64,000 bases of DNA. It comes from Kiritimatiellia bacterium (lineage in GTDB: Bacteria; Verrucomicrobiota; Kiritimatiellia; RFP12; UBA1067). This document shows, in pieces, positions 1-9,667 of this stretch; position 1 is the stretch's first letter, and the number at the start of each line of letters is the position of its first letter. The translations under genes were made by a program, and so were the position numbers. The stretch covers positions 6,507 through 70,506 of the forward strand of contig JAZRVL010000049.1 in the NCBI GenBank assembly GCA_045599105.1, written 5' to 3'. The notes beneath the pieces are model-generated. The model worked only from the letters and a program-made list of their open reading frames with translations. It made no database searches and was not told the origin of the DNA.

Positions 1-2462
1 GATAACTCCGTTGCAAGTTTAATTCGCTGCGCCTCTCCGCCTGAAAGCGTCGTCGCCGATTGCCCAAGTTGAATATACCCAAGCCCCACATCCACCAATG
101 TCTTTAACTTACGCGCAAGCGACGGTACTTTCCCAAAAAACTCATACGCCTCACTCACTGTCATTGCCAGCACCTCGGCAATATTCTTGCCTCCGTAGGT
201 GACCTCCAACGTCTCTGAGTTAAAACGCCGTCCGTTACATTGTTCACACGGCACATACACATCAGGTAGAAAGCTCATCTCGAGCTTTTGTACGCCATCG
301 CCTCCGCACACCTCGCACCGCCCGCCCTTTACATTAAAGGAGAAACGTCCCGCCGTGTATCCGCGCGCTTTGGCGGCTTCCGTTGCTGCAAAAAGCTCCC
401 TTATTTCCGAGAAAAATCCAACATACGTCGCAGGATTGGAGCACGGCGTGCGACCAATCGGCGATTGATCGATCTCAATGACTTTATCAAACGCCTCCAC
501 TCCCGTAAGCTTACGATATTTGCCTGGCTTTTCTTTGCTTCCATAAAGCTTTTGCTTTAGTGCCAAGCGCAAGGTCTCGTCGATTAGCGTGGACTTGCCA
601 GAGCCCGAAACTCCCGTTACCACCGTAAAGGATCCCACGGGAATCTTAACCGTGATGTTTTTAAGGTTGTGCTCGCTTGCGCCTGCGAGTACGAGAAACT
701 TCTTGGGCGAGTTATCGCACTTCGCCTCTTCACTAACCCGCTTGCGTCCAACTAAATAATCCGCTGTAAGCGACTTTGATTTAAGTAGACCTTTGAAGTC
801 CCCTTGATATACGACCTCGCCGCCTTCACGCCCCGCACCTGGTCCTAAATCAACGATATAATCCGCTGCACGCATCATCTCTGCATCATGCTCAACAATG
901 ACGACCGTGTTGCCTCGATTACGCAAATCTTTTAAGGTTCCAATAAGTCGTTCGTTGTCACGCGGATGCAAACCGATTGTGGGCTCGTCAAGGACATAAA
1001 GTACTCCTGTAAGTCCCGAGCCAATTTGCGTCGCTAAACGAATTCGTTGCATCTCACCGCCTGAAAGTGTCGCACTCGCACGATCGAGTGTGAGATAATC
1101 AAGTCCCACATCGACCAAGAACTTAAGTCGTCTAACGATTTCTCCGAGGATGTCCTTCATTCCTCGAAACTCAAGCGGCTCAAAGAATGCAAGCGCCTCG
1201 GTTATTGGCATCGCCATCACTTCGACAATTGTCTTTCCTCCAACTGTGGCTGAACGCGCCTCTGGACGAAGGCGTGCGCCTTTGCACTCTGGACACGTCC
1301 GATAACTTCGATACGCACCCCACTTTTCGCGTGTCTCGTCGTCCTCCGCCTCTTCCAAGCGCTTCTCCAACGTCGCAATAACCCCTTCGAACGGTCGATC
1401 TTCGTTGCGCCACGGCAAGACCAAATCATCCTTAAAGCCATGCATCAAATTATGCCTAAAGGTGGCGGACAATTTTTCGTACGGTGTTGATAAGCGCACT
1501 TTGTACTGATGCGCAATTTGCTCCAAAAGCGCATTATAGTACATAATCGCATTGTGCCCCGCCCGCCTCCACGGATGAATACACTCTCTTAAAGGCAATG
1601 TCTTATCTGGAACAATTAAATCCTCGTCAAAGTAATAAAGCTGCCCCAATCCACCACACCGCTCACACGCACCAAATGGCGAGTTAAAGGAAAACGAACG
1701 CGCCTTTAGCTCCCCAAACGAAATCTCGCAGTGTGGACATGCATTTAGCTCCGAGTGGACTTCATCATTAGCATAAAGCGTCCCTGAGCCCACTTTAAGC
1801 GCTGTCTCGACTGAATCCACAAGTCGTGTCCGCTCTGCTGGCATAACCAGTCTATCGACTACCACTTCGATATTGTGCGCCTTTTTCTTGTCAAGCTCAG
1901 GCACTTCCTCAAGTAAATAAATCTCTCCATCCACTCTAACGCGCGCAAATCCATTGCGCTTTAAGCTCGCAAACACCTCTTCGTGGCGACCTTTCTTGCC
2001 CTTCACTACTGGCGCATAAAGGATGAGCTTACCTGGTTTTTTAATAAGCGCATCAACTATCTCTTCGGCCGATTGTCTAACCACCGCGCGACCGCACTTT
2101 GGGCAATGCGCCGTCGCTACCGACCCATAAAGGACACGCAAATAATCGTGAATTTCAGTGACTGTCGCTACGATGGAGCGTGGATTGCCACTCGTTGTAT
2201 GTTGCTCAATGGAGATTGCCGGCGAAAGCCCTTCAATGCGCTCCACTTCGGGTTTTGCCAATCGATCCAAAAATTGCCGTGCGTACGCCGAAAGCGACTC
2301 CACATAGCGCCGTTGCCCTTCCGCATACAAAGTATCAAACGCAAGTGACGACTTGCCGCTTCCCGATAGCCCAGTAACCACCGTAAGCGAATTGCGGGGG
2401 ATCGTTACATCAATGCCCTTGAGGTTGTGAACTCGGGCGTTTTTGATGACAATATCATTCAC
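1..2462 (-). CDS. uvrA: excinuclease ABC subunit A (UvrA); 3' end runs off the left edge
   Basis: Absent from the ORF track because no stop codon lies in the window. My translation of the minus strand from GTG at 2462-2460 gives [41 protein letters not shown]... The first 80 nt read on the minus strand as [26 protein letters not shown], an ABC signature typical of the UvrA C-terminal half. The GTG overlaps the rho stop (GTGA). Confidence 0.9.
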   Translation of the reverse strand, partial: MNDIVIKNARVHNLKGIDVTIPRNSLTVVTGLSGSGKSSLAFDTLYAEGQRRYVESLSAYARQFLDRLAKPEVERIEGLSPAISIEQHTTSGNPRSIVATVTEIHDYLRVLYGSVATAHCPKCGRAVVRQSAEEIVDALIKKPGKLILYAPVVKGKKGRHEEVFASLKRNGFARVRVDGEIYLLEEVPELDKKKAHNIEVVVDRLVMPAERTRLVDSVETALKVGSGTLYANDEVHSELNACPHCEISFGELKARSFSFNSPFGACERCGGLGQLYYFDEDLIVPDKTLPLRECIHPWRRAGHNAIMYYNALLEQIAHQYKVRLSTPYEKLSATFRHNLMHGFKDDLVLPWRNEDRPFEGVIATLEKRLEEAEDDETREKWGAYRSYRTCPECKGARLRPEARSATVGGKTIVEVMAMPITEALAFFEPLEFRGMKDILGEIVRRLKFLVDVGLDYLTLDRASATLSGGEMQRIRLATQIGSGLTGVLYVLDEPTIGLHPRDNERLIGTLKDLRNRGNTVVIVEHDAEMMRAADYIVDLGPGAGREGGEVVYQGDFKGLLKSKSLTADYLVGRKRVSEEAKCDNSPKKFLVLAGASEHNLKNITVKIPVGSFTVVTGVSGSGKSTLIDETLRLALKQKLYGSKEKPGKYRKLTGVEAFDKVIEIDQSPIGRTPCSNPATYVGFFSEIRELFAATEAAKARGYTAGRFSFNVKGGRCEVCGGDGVQKLEMSFLPDVYVPCEQCNGRRFNSETLEVTYGGKNIAEVLAMTVSEAYEFFGKVPSLARKLKTLVDVGLGYIQLGQSATTLSGGEAQRIKLATEL

Positions 2463-3928
2463 TGCAAATTCTTAAGATCAAGTGCCAAAAGAAACTCAGG
2501 ATTGGATTTGGTTTTCTTTAGTGAATTAAGAACACTGCGCATCGAACTCTCCGAGCCTGCCGCAGACAAAATTCTCCTAAGTCCCCATGTTTTTTCGAGC
2601 TCCATTGGGTCGAGTAGGAGATCCTCTTTGCGCGTACCCGACTTATCAATATCAATCGCCGGAAAGATTCGCTTATCCGCAAGCGCACGGTCGAGGACGA
2701 TTTCCATATTGCCCGTACCCTTGAACTCCTCAAAGATAACTTCGTCCATACGGCTACCAGTGTCGACGAGTCCTGTCGCAATGATAGTAAGCGACCCTCC
2801 TCCCTCGATGTTGCGCGCTGCGCCAAAGAAGCGCTTCGGCCGATGCATCGCCAGCGCATCCACGCCGCCCGTAAGTATCTTGCCCGAATGTGGTTGTACC
2901 GTATTATAGGCTCGCGCCATACGCGTAATCGAGTCCAGGAGGATGACCACATCGCGCCCGTTCTCGACTTGGCGCTTGGACATCTCAATCACCATCTCCG
3001 CTACATTGACATGATGTTGTGGCTCTTCATCAAAGGTCGAGGAAAGCACCATCGCCTTGGTGTTGCGCTGCATGTCCGTTACCTCCTCTGGTCGCTCGTC
3101 AATCAACAGAATGATGAGCATCGCCTCGGGATGATTGGCGGTAATGGCATTCGCCATCTTTTGCAAAAGGATGGTCTTACCTACCCGTGGTGGAGCGATG
3201 ATAAGTCCCCGCTGACCAAATCCAATCGGTGTAAATAAATCAATGACTCGCGTTGAATACTCTTTTGCCTCCGTCTCAAGGATAATACGCCGCGTTGGAA
3301 AAGTCGCCGTCAAGTTCTCGAAATGCACCACACGCGCTGCCACCGACGGCTCTTTGCCATTTACAAGATTGACGTTGCCAAGACAAAAGTAGCGGTCGCG
3401 ATCACGCGGATCCCGAATCGGCCCTTCGATGATATCACCCGTCCTTAAAGCATGTCGACGAATTTGTTGCAGTGTGACAAACACGTCCTCTGGGCACGCA
3501 AGGAAGTTATTCTTCGCCGAGCGCAAAAATCCGTGGCCTTCGCGCACAATCTCCAAACATCCCGACGCAATGACCGACCCACCACGCGCGAGATAGGAGC
3601 GAATCGCCGCAAAGATAAGCTCGTGTTTCCGATAGCTTCCAAGCTCCTCTGGGTCCGCTCCCGGCATCATCCTCTCCACAATGAGTGGTGCCGGCCACGT
3701 TTGAATATCCGCAAGCCGATATTCCTCCAACTCTGGATTACGCCGTGGATTCACCTCCTCCGTTGTCGTCGCTACTGCGGGACGCTCGGTGGGAAGCGGT
3801 GCGTTTAAAAGTGGGTTTACTGACTCTACTCCCGAGGGTGTGGACGGCGGGCGCTTATTAAACGCTTTGCGCCGTGGCACAAATTTCTTTTTCATTGAAT
3901 CGGCAAACACATCGAACTCTTCAGCCAT
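2459..3928 (-). CDS. rho: transcription termination factor Rho
   Basis: 489-aa ORF with Walker [34 protein letters not shown] and C-terminal [35 protein letters not shown]. An alternative start at codon 12 (ATG 3895-3893) would give an ATGA overlap with the coaE stop. Confidence 0.93.
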   Translation of the reverse strand: MAEEFDVFADSMKKKFVPRRKAFNKRPPSTPSGVESVNPLLNAPLPTERPAVATTTEEVNPRRNPELEEYRLADIQTWPAPLIVERMMPGADPEELGSYRKHELIFAAIRSYLARGGSVIASGCLEIVREGHGFLRSAKNNFLACPEDVFVTLQQIRRHALRTGDIIEGPIRDPRDRDRYFCLGNVNLVNGKEPSVAARVVHFENLTATFPTRRIILETEAKEYSTRVIDLFTPIGFGQRGLIIAPPRVGKTILLQKMANAITANHPEAMLIILLIDERPEEVTDMQRNTKAMVLSSTFDEEPQHHVNVAEMVIEMSKRQVENGRDVVILLDSITRMARAYNTVQPHSGKILTGGVDALAMHRPKRFFGAARNIEGGGSLTIIATGLVDTGSRMDEVIFEEFKGTGNMEIVLDRALADKRIFPAIDIDKSGTRKEDLLLDPMELEKTWGLRRILSAAGSESSMRSVLNSLKKTKSNPEFLLALDLKNLQ

Positions 3929-4413
3929 GATACTAATTTCTTCGCTTCTTTGCGTAGCTCGTCTACTGAGCCATTGTTGTTGATTACGTATTGGGATTTG
4001 CGTGCCTTATCGGCATTCGGCAGTTGCGCCCTAAGCCGCACTTCGGCATCTTCGCGGCTATATCCGCGATTTGCCATCATCCGCTCAATTTGGTTTTCTC
4101 GATTGGAGACGACAGCGCATATTATATCATATTCTTTCTCCCAATCGACCTCAAAAAGTAAAGGAATCACATGAACCTTATTCGGCTCTGCATTTAATCG
4201 TGCCTTGATGAGCGGATGCAATCTCGTCTCCAACGCTTTACGTGCCGCTGGATCTTTAAAGACCGTCTTTCTTAGCCGTTCACGTTCTTCTTCACTAATG
4301 AGTTCATGCGCAATATCATCCGCATCAAGAGTATGAACGCCAAGCTCATTCAGATATTTACAAAGGAGGGATTTGCCACAGGCAATCCCTCCCGTAAGAC
4401 AGATTTTTTTCAT
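3892..4413 (-). CDS. coaE: dephospho-CoA kinase
   Basis: 173 aa with N-terminal P-loop [15 protein letters not shown]; size and layout are typical of CoaE. Confidence 0.85.
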   Translation of the reverse strand: MKKICLTGGIACGKSLLCKYLNELGVHTLDADDIAHELISEEERERLRKTVFKDPAARKALETRLHPLIKARLNAEPNKVHVIPLLFEVDWEKEYDIICAVVSNRENQIERMMANRGYSREDAEVRLRAQLPNADKARKSQYVINNNGSVDELRKEAKKLVSWLKSSMCLPIQ

Positions 4414-4419
4414 TTAATC

Positions 4420-7400
4420 TTATTCAGCCACAGGCGCTGCCTTGACCTCGGCCTCTTCTGCCATAGCTTCATCGCCTGGGCGGTATTCACGACCCGTGGG
4501 CTTGATGAGGCGTCCGGTCACGAAGATGAGCAAGTTGCGCTTGATTGTCTGCTCGGAGTGGCTGCGGAAAAGCCGTCCGATAAATGGCAAGTCGCCAAGG
4601 AACGGAACCTTGTCGTCCATCGCCTTGCGCTGCTCGGTGATAAGGCCACCCAAAACCACCGTTGAGCCCGGTGTAATATAGACCTTGGTATCAATCGAGC
4701 GCACGTGGAAGAACGGCTGCTCCATCGGTGCCTCGTAATAAGTCATGTTGTCCGCCTGCGACTTGGTGAGATTGCTAAGCGCATTCTCCGCCGCCGAAGT
4801 TTCGGTTTCGATAATCCAATTCTTGGTCTTCGCTGGAATATCACCGATTGCGCTAATTGACTGCGCAAGACCTTCAAAGATACCGCCAATGCCCTCAAAG
4901 TTTTGGAGTGAGCTATTACCAGTGAATGGAATACGCATACCGTAGTTCTTCCAAGTTGGCTCGTCAATGACTTCAGGTTTGAGCTCAAGCTCAATCACAT
5001 TACCGCTTTGGATGTAGGACGGAGTGACATTAAGAATGACACCGACTTCACGCATTTCAAAGTTCTGTGGCTCAACGATCGCGAGAATTGACGACTGCGA
5101 ACTACTGTTGTATCCACCGCCCGAGCTTGACGACTGAAGCTGGACATCATAATCTTTTGGATAGAGATATTCCGTGACTACCTTGATGACCGCCTGCTGA
5201 CCATTACTTGTCAAAATCTTTGGTGCCGACAAGAGGTCGGTGTCACTCCGTTGCGCGAGCATGTGGAGAATCATCGACAGATCTGCGCTACCAAGAAACG
5301 CGTTAACCCGCATAAACTGATCATTAGTTGACTTGCCATCACCCGAAATATGATTGCCCATAGTTGAAAGGTAACGATTGCCTGTCCCATAATCGCTATT
5401 CGCACCACCAAAGGCATTAAGCCCAATGCGCTCACGCGATCCAGGTGAACGATTCCAAGAAGTTCCCGACGATCCGATAGATGCTGACGATCCACCCGTA
5501 CCAGTTGTAGTTCCGCCAGTATCCTTAGTTGGGACATCAAAACCCGATGACGTTCCACTACCAGCAGTCGCTGAAATCGGACTAAATGTGCCACCATGAA
5601 TACCAAGCGCCCTTGCAACACTATGATTAAGGTTGATACCCACGTCATTATTAAGTATCCACTCGAAGCCGAGCGAATTGAGATCCTCTTGTGCAACTTC
5701 CACAAAGCGAGTTTCAATCTCAATCATCTTGGGTTGCGCGTCGAGTGCTTCCAATACCTTTTCGAACTGTGCCAAGTTTTCTAACGTATTGTGCACAAAG
5801 AGTTTACCGAGTGCCTTGATATGTACAATCGACGAGCCCTCTGGCCAATTAACGCCAAGTTGAGTGAATACATTCTTCCAATCGCGCTGCTCTTCATCAT
5901 CCTTTGCACTTGCGCGATTGCTCGCTCCAAAACGATTACCACCCTTGCCCGAGTTGAGTTCCTCTGCGGCGGAGGCGACATGTTCGGAAAGGACATCCTG
6001 AACATCATATTGTCTGGAGACCATATCGGAGCTCGCTTCACCCTTGGCCATTACCATCACTACCGATCCATTAACCACAAACTTGTAGTCAACTGTATCA
6101 CAGACAAGCTTAAGTGCATCATAGAACGAAATATCACTTGCCGAAATCGCCGTAATCACCGCCAAACCATTTGATGGTGCCTCTGCCTCGCCACCAAATC
6201 CTTCGCTCTCCTCGCTTTGCGTAATCGTAAGTGGCTGTGGCGTACGAAGAACAAAGTTAAAGCCACGCTTCTCCGGTGGGAGATCTGGGCGGTCATAATC
6301 CTTGGACATCTGACGGAACGAATCCACCGCTTCCACAATCGTCGCCGGCGGCTTAAAGGAGATATTGGGTAAGCGCATATCTTTCATTCGGCGGATGATT
6401 TCCTGCTCCTGCGAGCGCTCTGGATCCTCACCCAATGCGACCTTGCGCGTCTCCGAGTCCGCTTCCCGAAGCTGCGCCGCGTTGACCGCATAAATCGGCC
6501 GCCACGCTTCATCTACATCGGCGATCATCCCCTCGCGAGCTGCCTCACGCTCCTGCTTCAAAATCGTCTGACGCTTACGCTCAATCGTCTTTTTAAGCCG
6601 CATCGCCTCTTGATTTGAAGGATCATTGACGAGTACAATTTCTGCTTCCTCAAGCGCCTTTTCCATCTTGCGAAGCGAGAGATATTGACGTGCCCGCTTG
6701 AGATGATTGCGAATTTGCGCACGCTCGTTCTTGTAGTCCTTGTCGTTCTTTTGGTGCTTAAGTTCACTCACATCGACCTTGTCGGCCGCTGGATCTCCCT
6801 CCGCTTTCCATGCCTCCAGTACTGCGCGCGCCTTGGGGTGACGCATATCCAACGCCTTTTCCATGATCTTTACTGCGCGATCACGTCGCCCATACTCATC
6901 TTCTTGGAATGCCGAGCGATAAAGCCCCTCGGCAATTCCCTGGTCGCACTCCTTGCGCAACTTTTTCATTGCCGGGCGATCGTTGAGTAACTTGGCTGCA
7001 AGTCCGTAGTGACGAACCGCCTCGGTATATGACTCCTCCTCCATCGCTGCGCGTGCTTCAGCAATTTCGCGTTTGGCTTGCGCATCAAGTGCACCCCGAC
7101 GCAAGCGCTCGGTCGCTGCAAGCTCTGCCACAATCGCCGCATCGCCAGTCGCCATTACTGGCTTAGCCAGAGTTGCAGTTTTAGTGGCAACTGTTGCCGT
7201 CGCCGCCGCTGGTGCGCCATCTGTTGCGAGGTCATCCAAAAGATTTAAAACTTCATCTACTTCCTCGTCCGATGCTGGCTCATTACTTGGAGTCGCATTA
7301 ATCGTAAGCTCGGTTGGCTCGGCAGTCTCAGCGACTGGCGCAGGTGCAGGAGCAGGTTCGGGTTCTGTCACTGGCGCCGGCTCAACTACTGGCTCGGGCA

Positions 7401-7590
7401 CCACCACTGGCTCCGGTTCGGCAACTGGCTCGGGTGCTGGCTCGGCTACTGGTGCCGGCTCTGGCGTTTCCGACTCCACCTCGAGATCTTTGAGTAAATC
7501 ATCGAGATCCTCTTGTGCAAAGTTAACTTGCGATGCCATCGCTACGGACAAAGCTGCACCAATGGCGATAAACTTCCTAATATTAGTCAT
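4420..7590 (-). CDS. PilQ/GspD-family secretin with a long N-terminal extension
   Basis: Secretin C-domain motifs LLSAPKILTSNGQQAVIKVVTE and DKVPFLGDLPFIGRLFRSHSEQTIKRNLLIFVTGRLI. Signal peptide IAIGAALSVAMASQVNFAQE. The longest ORF starts at GTG 7599. I prefer ATG 7590 because AAGGAG lies 12 nt upstream of it and only 3 nt upstream of the GTG. Confidence 0.8.
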   Translation of the reverse strand: MTNIRKFIAIGAALSVAMASQVNFAQEDLDDLLKDLEVESETPEPAPVAEPAPEPVAEPEPVVVPEPVVEPAPVTEPEPAPAPAPVAETAEPTELTINATPSNEPASDEEVDEVLNLLDDLATDGAPAAATATVATKTATLAKPVMATGDAAIVAELAATERLRRGALDAQAKREIAEARAAMEEESYTEAVRHYGLAAKLLNDRPAMKKLRKECDQGIAEGLYRSAFQEDEYGRRDRAVKIMEKALDMRHPKARAVLEAWKAEGDPAADKVDVSELKHQKNDKDYKNERAQIRNHLKRARQYLSLRKMEKALEEAEIVLVNDPSNQEAMRLKKTIERKRQTILKQEREAAREGMIADVDEAWRPIYAVNAAQLREADSETRKVALGEDPERSQEQEIIRRMKDMRLPNISFKPPATIVEAVDSFRQMSKDYDRPDLPPEKRGFNFVLRTPQPLTITQSEESEGFGGEAEAPSNGLAVITAISASDISFYDALKLVCDTVDYKFVVNGSVVMVMAKGEASSDMVSRQYDVQDVLSEHVASAAEELNSGKGGNRFGASNRASAKDDEEQRDWKNVFTQLGVNWPEGSSIVHIKALGKLFVHNTLENLAQFEKVLEALDAQPKMIEIETRFVEVAQEDLNSLGFEWILNNDVGINLNHSVARALGIHGGTFSPISATAGSGTSSGFDVPTKDTGGTTTGTGGSSASIGSSGTSWNRSPGSRERIGLNAFGGANSDYGTGNRYLSTMGNHISGDGKSTNDQFMRVNAFLGSADLSMILHMLAQRSDTDLLSAPKILTSNGQQAVIKVVTEYLYPKDYDVQLQSSSSGGGYNSSSQSSILAIVEPQNFEMREVGVILNVTPSYIQSGNVIELELKPEVIDEPTWKNYGMRIPFTGNSSLQNFEGIGGIFEGLAQSISAIGDIPAKTKNWIIETETSAAENALSNLTKSQADNMTYYEAPMEQPFFHVRSIDTKVYITPGSTVVLGGLITEQRKAMDDKVPFLGDLPFIGRLFRSHSEQTIKRNLLIFVTGRLIKPTGREYRPGDEAMAEEAEVKAAPVAE
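7321..7464 (-). repeat. coding low-complexity Pro/Glu/Ala/Val tract (PEPxPVxE-like) in the secretin N-terminus
   Basis: Protein reads PEPAPVAEPAPEPVAEPEPVVVPEPVVEPAPVTEPEPAPAPAPVAE. The DNA shows imperfect tandem actggctcggg-like units. Confidence 0.7.
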
Positions 7591-7622
7591 ATTGACCACC
7601 TGCTCCTTATTTTCAGTTATAA

Positions 7623-7651
7623 ATTATACTATTTCTTATTTCCTTATTCAA
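7623..7651 (-). promoter_or_regulatory. candidate sigma70-type promoter in front of the secretin gene
   Basis: The minus strand reads TTGAAT (7651-7646), a 17-nt spacer, then TATAAT (7628-7623), followed by AAGGAG and the ATG at 7590. The -35 element overlaps the stop of the upstream gene. Confidence 0.4.
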
Positions 7652-8735
7652 GGGTTTTAAGCGTACGCTTTTTTCCCGAAATTGTGTTTTTAAAAGTTAC
7701 TTCGGCTTGATTACCCACTGGCTTGATCTCCACCACTTGGTATTTTTCCTGATTGAGCTCAATCTCCGAACCAGTTACCACCTCAAAAGTCTTGCTTTCG
7801 CCCCGAGTGTAGACGAGTGTCGCTTGAACGTCAATCGGGGTCAATTTTGCGGTGCGCTCTTGCGCGACGAGCTTGATGATCTTTTTGTCCTTGATGCGCT
7901 CGATCGTCACCTCCGAAACATCTTGATCGCGCGTCATCCCCTCTGTACCTGGAACCGCGACCTTGGCGGTCTTGGGCTCGTAGTTCTTGATCAAAAAGCC
8001 CGTCTTATAAGTCTTATCCAAATCGCCCAACTCTTCTCCGACCGTCGCCATCATTGAAACCCCCTTGCGCCCGAAACCATTGAGTCGATTAGGATCAAAA
8101 AACTCCAATCTCCATCCTGCGGGAATCTGCTGACCCTTACGGAAGACAAATGGAACATACGTCTCCTTGAGTGGTAATTGAATGGTGACTGAGTCCAGAT
8201 AATCCGGATGCGACTTCTTGTCGGTAGGATCCGTCTTGGCCTCGTATTCCTCGAGGTTGGTAAATCCATCGCCGTCTTTATCTTGATTGCTGTCGTCATT
8301 GGCGGGATTTAGCCCGTAACGCTTCTCCCATTCATCGGCCATCCCGTCATTATCCGCGTCCGCGACCACTGTTTCCGCCGCTTCTTGTGCCTCCCCGCAG
8401 AACGGACACTTCGGGAATTTCTTGGGATCTCCCACAATTGACCGTGAACACTTTTTGCACTTGACTCTCCGCTCGCTGGCGAGGAAATTTTCTTGTTCAC
8501 CCGCAATCGCTGTGAGCGATGCTGGATTTTTGGTGAGCTTGACTGCCGATAAATAGTCCGCCTTGTCGATTGCCTCAACAACAACTTTGGCGGGCTTCAT
8601 CCGCTCAATTCGTGACATCACCGCACTTACCGCGCTATTTTCATCCGTGTCGCCCGACATCATCCAAAACGCCAAAGCGCCAATCAGTGCGAGCGTGCCC
8701 ACTCCAACTACTATCCATTCGTAGTGCTTCTTCAT
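7644..8735 (-). CDS. membrane-anchored protein in the PilP/GspC slot, with a Cys4 ribbon and TSP3-like calcium motifs
   Basis: 363 aa with N-terminal TM WIVVGVGTLALIGALAFWMM. Carries CKKCSRSIVGDPKKFPKCPFCGE, then DADNDGMADEWEKRYGLNPANDDSNQDKDGDGFTNLEEYEAKTDPTD. ATGA overlap with the upstream gene at 8732-8735. Confidence 0.7.
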   Translation of the reverse strand: MKKHYEWIVVGVGTLALIGALAFWMMSGDTDENSAVSAVMSRIERMKPAKVVVEAIDKADYLSAVKLTKNPASLTAIAGEQENFLASERRVKCKKCSRSIVGDPKKFPKCPFCGEAQEAAETVVADADNDGMADEWEKRYGLNPANDDSNQDKDGDGFTNLEEYEAKTDPTDKKSHPDYLDSVTIQLPLKETYVPFVFRKGQQIPAGWRLEFFDPNRLNGFGRKGVSMMATVGEELGDLDKTYKTGFLIKNYEPKTAKVAVPGTEGMTRDQDVSEVTIERIKDKKIIKLVAQERTAKLTPIDVQATLVYTRGESKTFEVVTGSEIELNQEKYQVVEIKPVGNQAEVTFKNTISGKKRTLKTLE

Positions 8736-9667
8736 TTCGCCTCCTCTTCCAGCGACTTGAAATCATATACTGCCAACTTCAAATTAACCGTCAGCGGCGC
8801 ATCTGTCGTAGGATCCGTGATTAACTGATTCTTGGCCGGCGCTTCCGTTTCGCTATCCGTCGATTGACGCCGTCCGCGACGAGAAGTTCTAACCTCGCTC
8901 TTTTTCTCGCCCGCCAGTGCACTGGCGAGTGTATCTTGATCACGCTGAAACGCGAGACTTTCGATCACGATGAAACGCTCTGCGGTAGTAAGGGCATTAA
9001 GTGTTGCCACGAGTGCGACAGGCTTTGCCGATACCATAAACTCATACCTCATGGTTGATGGGGTCTTGGTTGTCTCGGCGGCTTTTGCATTATTGCGCGT
9101 AGAGCGCTTTTTGTTCTTGCTGTTGGTAGCGACCTTACTTGCCTCTTCTTTGATTACTGTTAACGCAAGTAACTTGGCGACTCCCGATGATTTCATCGTG
9201 TCAGCAATCGTTGTAATATCGTCCCATTGTCGTTGTAAAGTTTTAAGCTCCGCTTCTGCTGGCATCGATCCACCCGTGATATAGTCCTTGAAAGGACCAA
9301 ACTCAAACTCGGCGTCAATCCGCTTTGCATCTCGCCCTAAAAATTCCTTGAATGCCGCGGGAGTGGTTGCTTCAAATTTGCGATCACCCTTGGCAACTAA
9401 CCGCTCGGCATCGCCCAACCACTCGATGAATGCTTTAGTTTCATCTTTTAGCGCTTTTACATTCTCCTTTGTAGGATAGATAGCTTTGCGCGAAAGTTGC
9501 TCCACCTTGGTAAGACTTGTTTCTAATCCCTCCGTTCCCTCTTCGTAATCGCCTTCGAGCGCGACCACTTTTCCGCTGTACGCACTATACGCAAGATAAG
9601 CAGCGACAATCACGACAAGCGCAAGCGCACCGCTGACTATCGCAAGTAATTTTTTGGTCTTGCTCAT
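8732..9667 (-). CDS. PilO-slot membrane protein, Amuc_1100-like
   Basis: 311 aa with N-terminal TM LLAIVSGALALVVIVAAYLAY. By my recollection of Amuc_1100 it shares TTPAAFKEFL, LVATLNALTTAERFIVIESLAFQRD and C-terminal LTVNLKLAVYDF-type blocks. It sits between the PilM/N fusion and the secretin. Confidence 0.55.
   Translation of the reverse strand: MSKTKKLLAIVSGALALVVIVAAYLAYSAYSGKVVALEGDYEEGTEGLETSLTKVEQLSRKAIYPTKENVKALKDETKAFIEWLGDAERLVAKGDRKFEATTPAAFKEFLGRDAKRIDAEFEFGPFKDYITGGSMPAEAELKTLQRQWDDITTIADTMKSSGVAKLLALTVIKEEASKVATNSKNKKRSTRNNAKAAETTKTPSTMRYEFMVSAKPVALVATLNALTTAERFIVIESLAFQRDQDTLASALAGEKKSEVRTSRRGRRQSTDSETEAPAKNQLITDPTTDAPLTVNLKLAVYDFKSLEEEAK

Noticed and set aside
199-2348. Plus-strand ORFs 199-468, 288-560, 1187-1381, 1983-2348 and the minus-strand ORFs at 1180-1441.
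   Set aside because: All fall inside the clear UvrA reading frame (minus strand, 1-2462), which the track omits only because its stop codon is off-window.
7073-7660. 195-aa plus-strand ORF rich in GAGAGSGS/TTGSG repeats.
   Set aside because: It is the mirror image of the secretin's PEPAPV low-complexity tract, lies entirely inside that gene, and has no independent start context.
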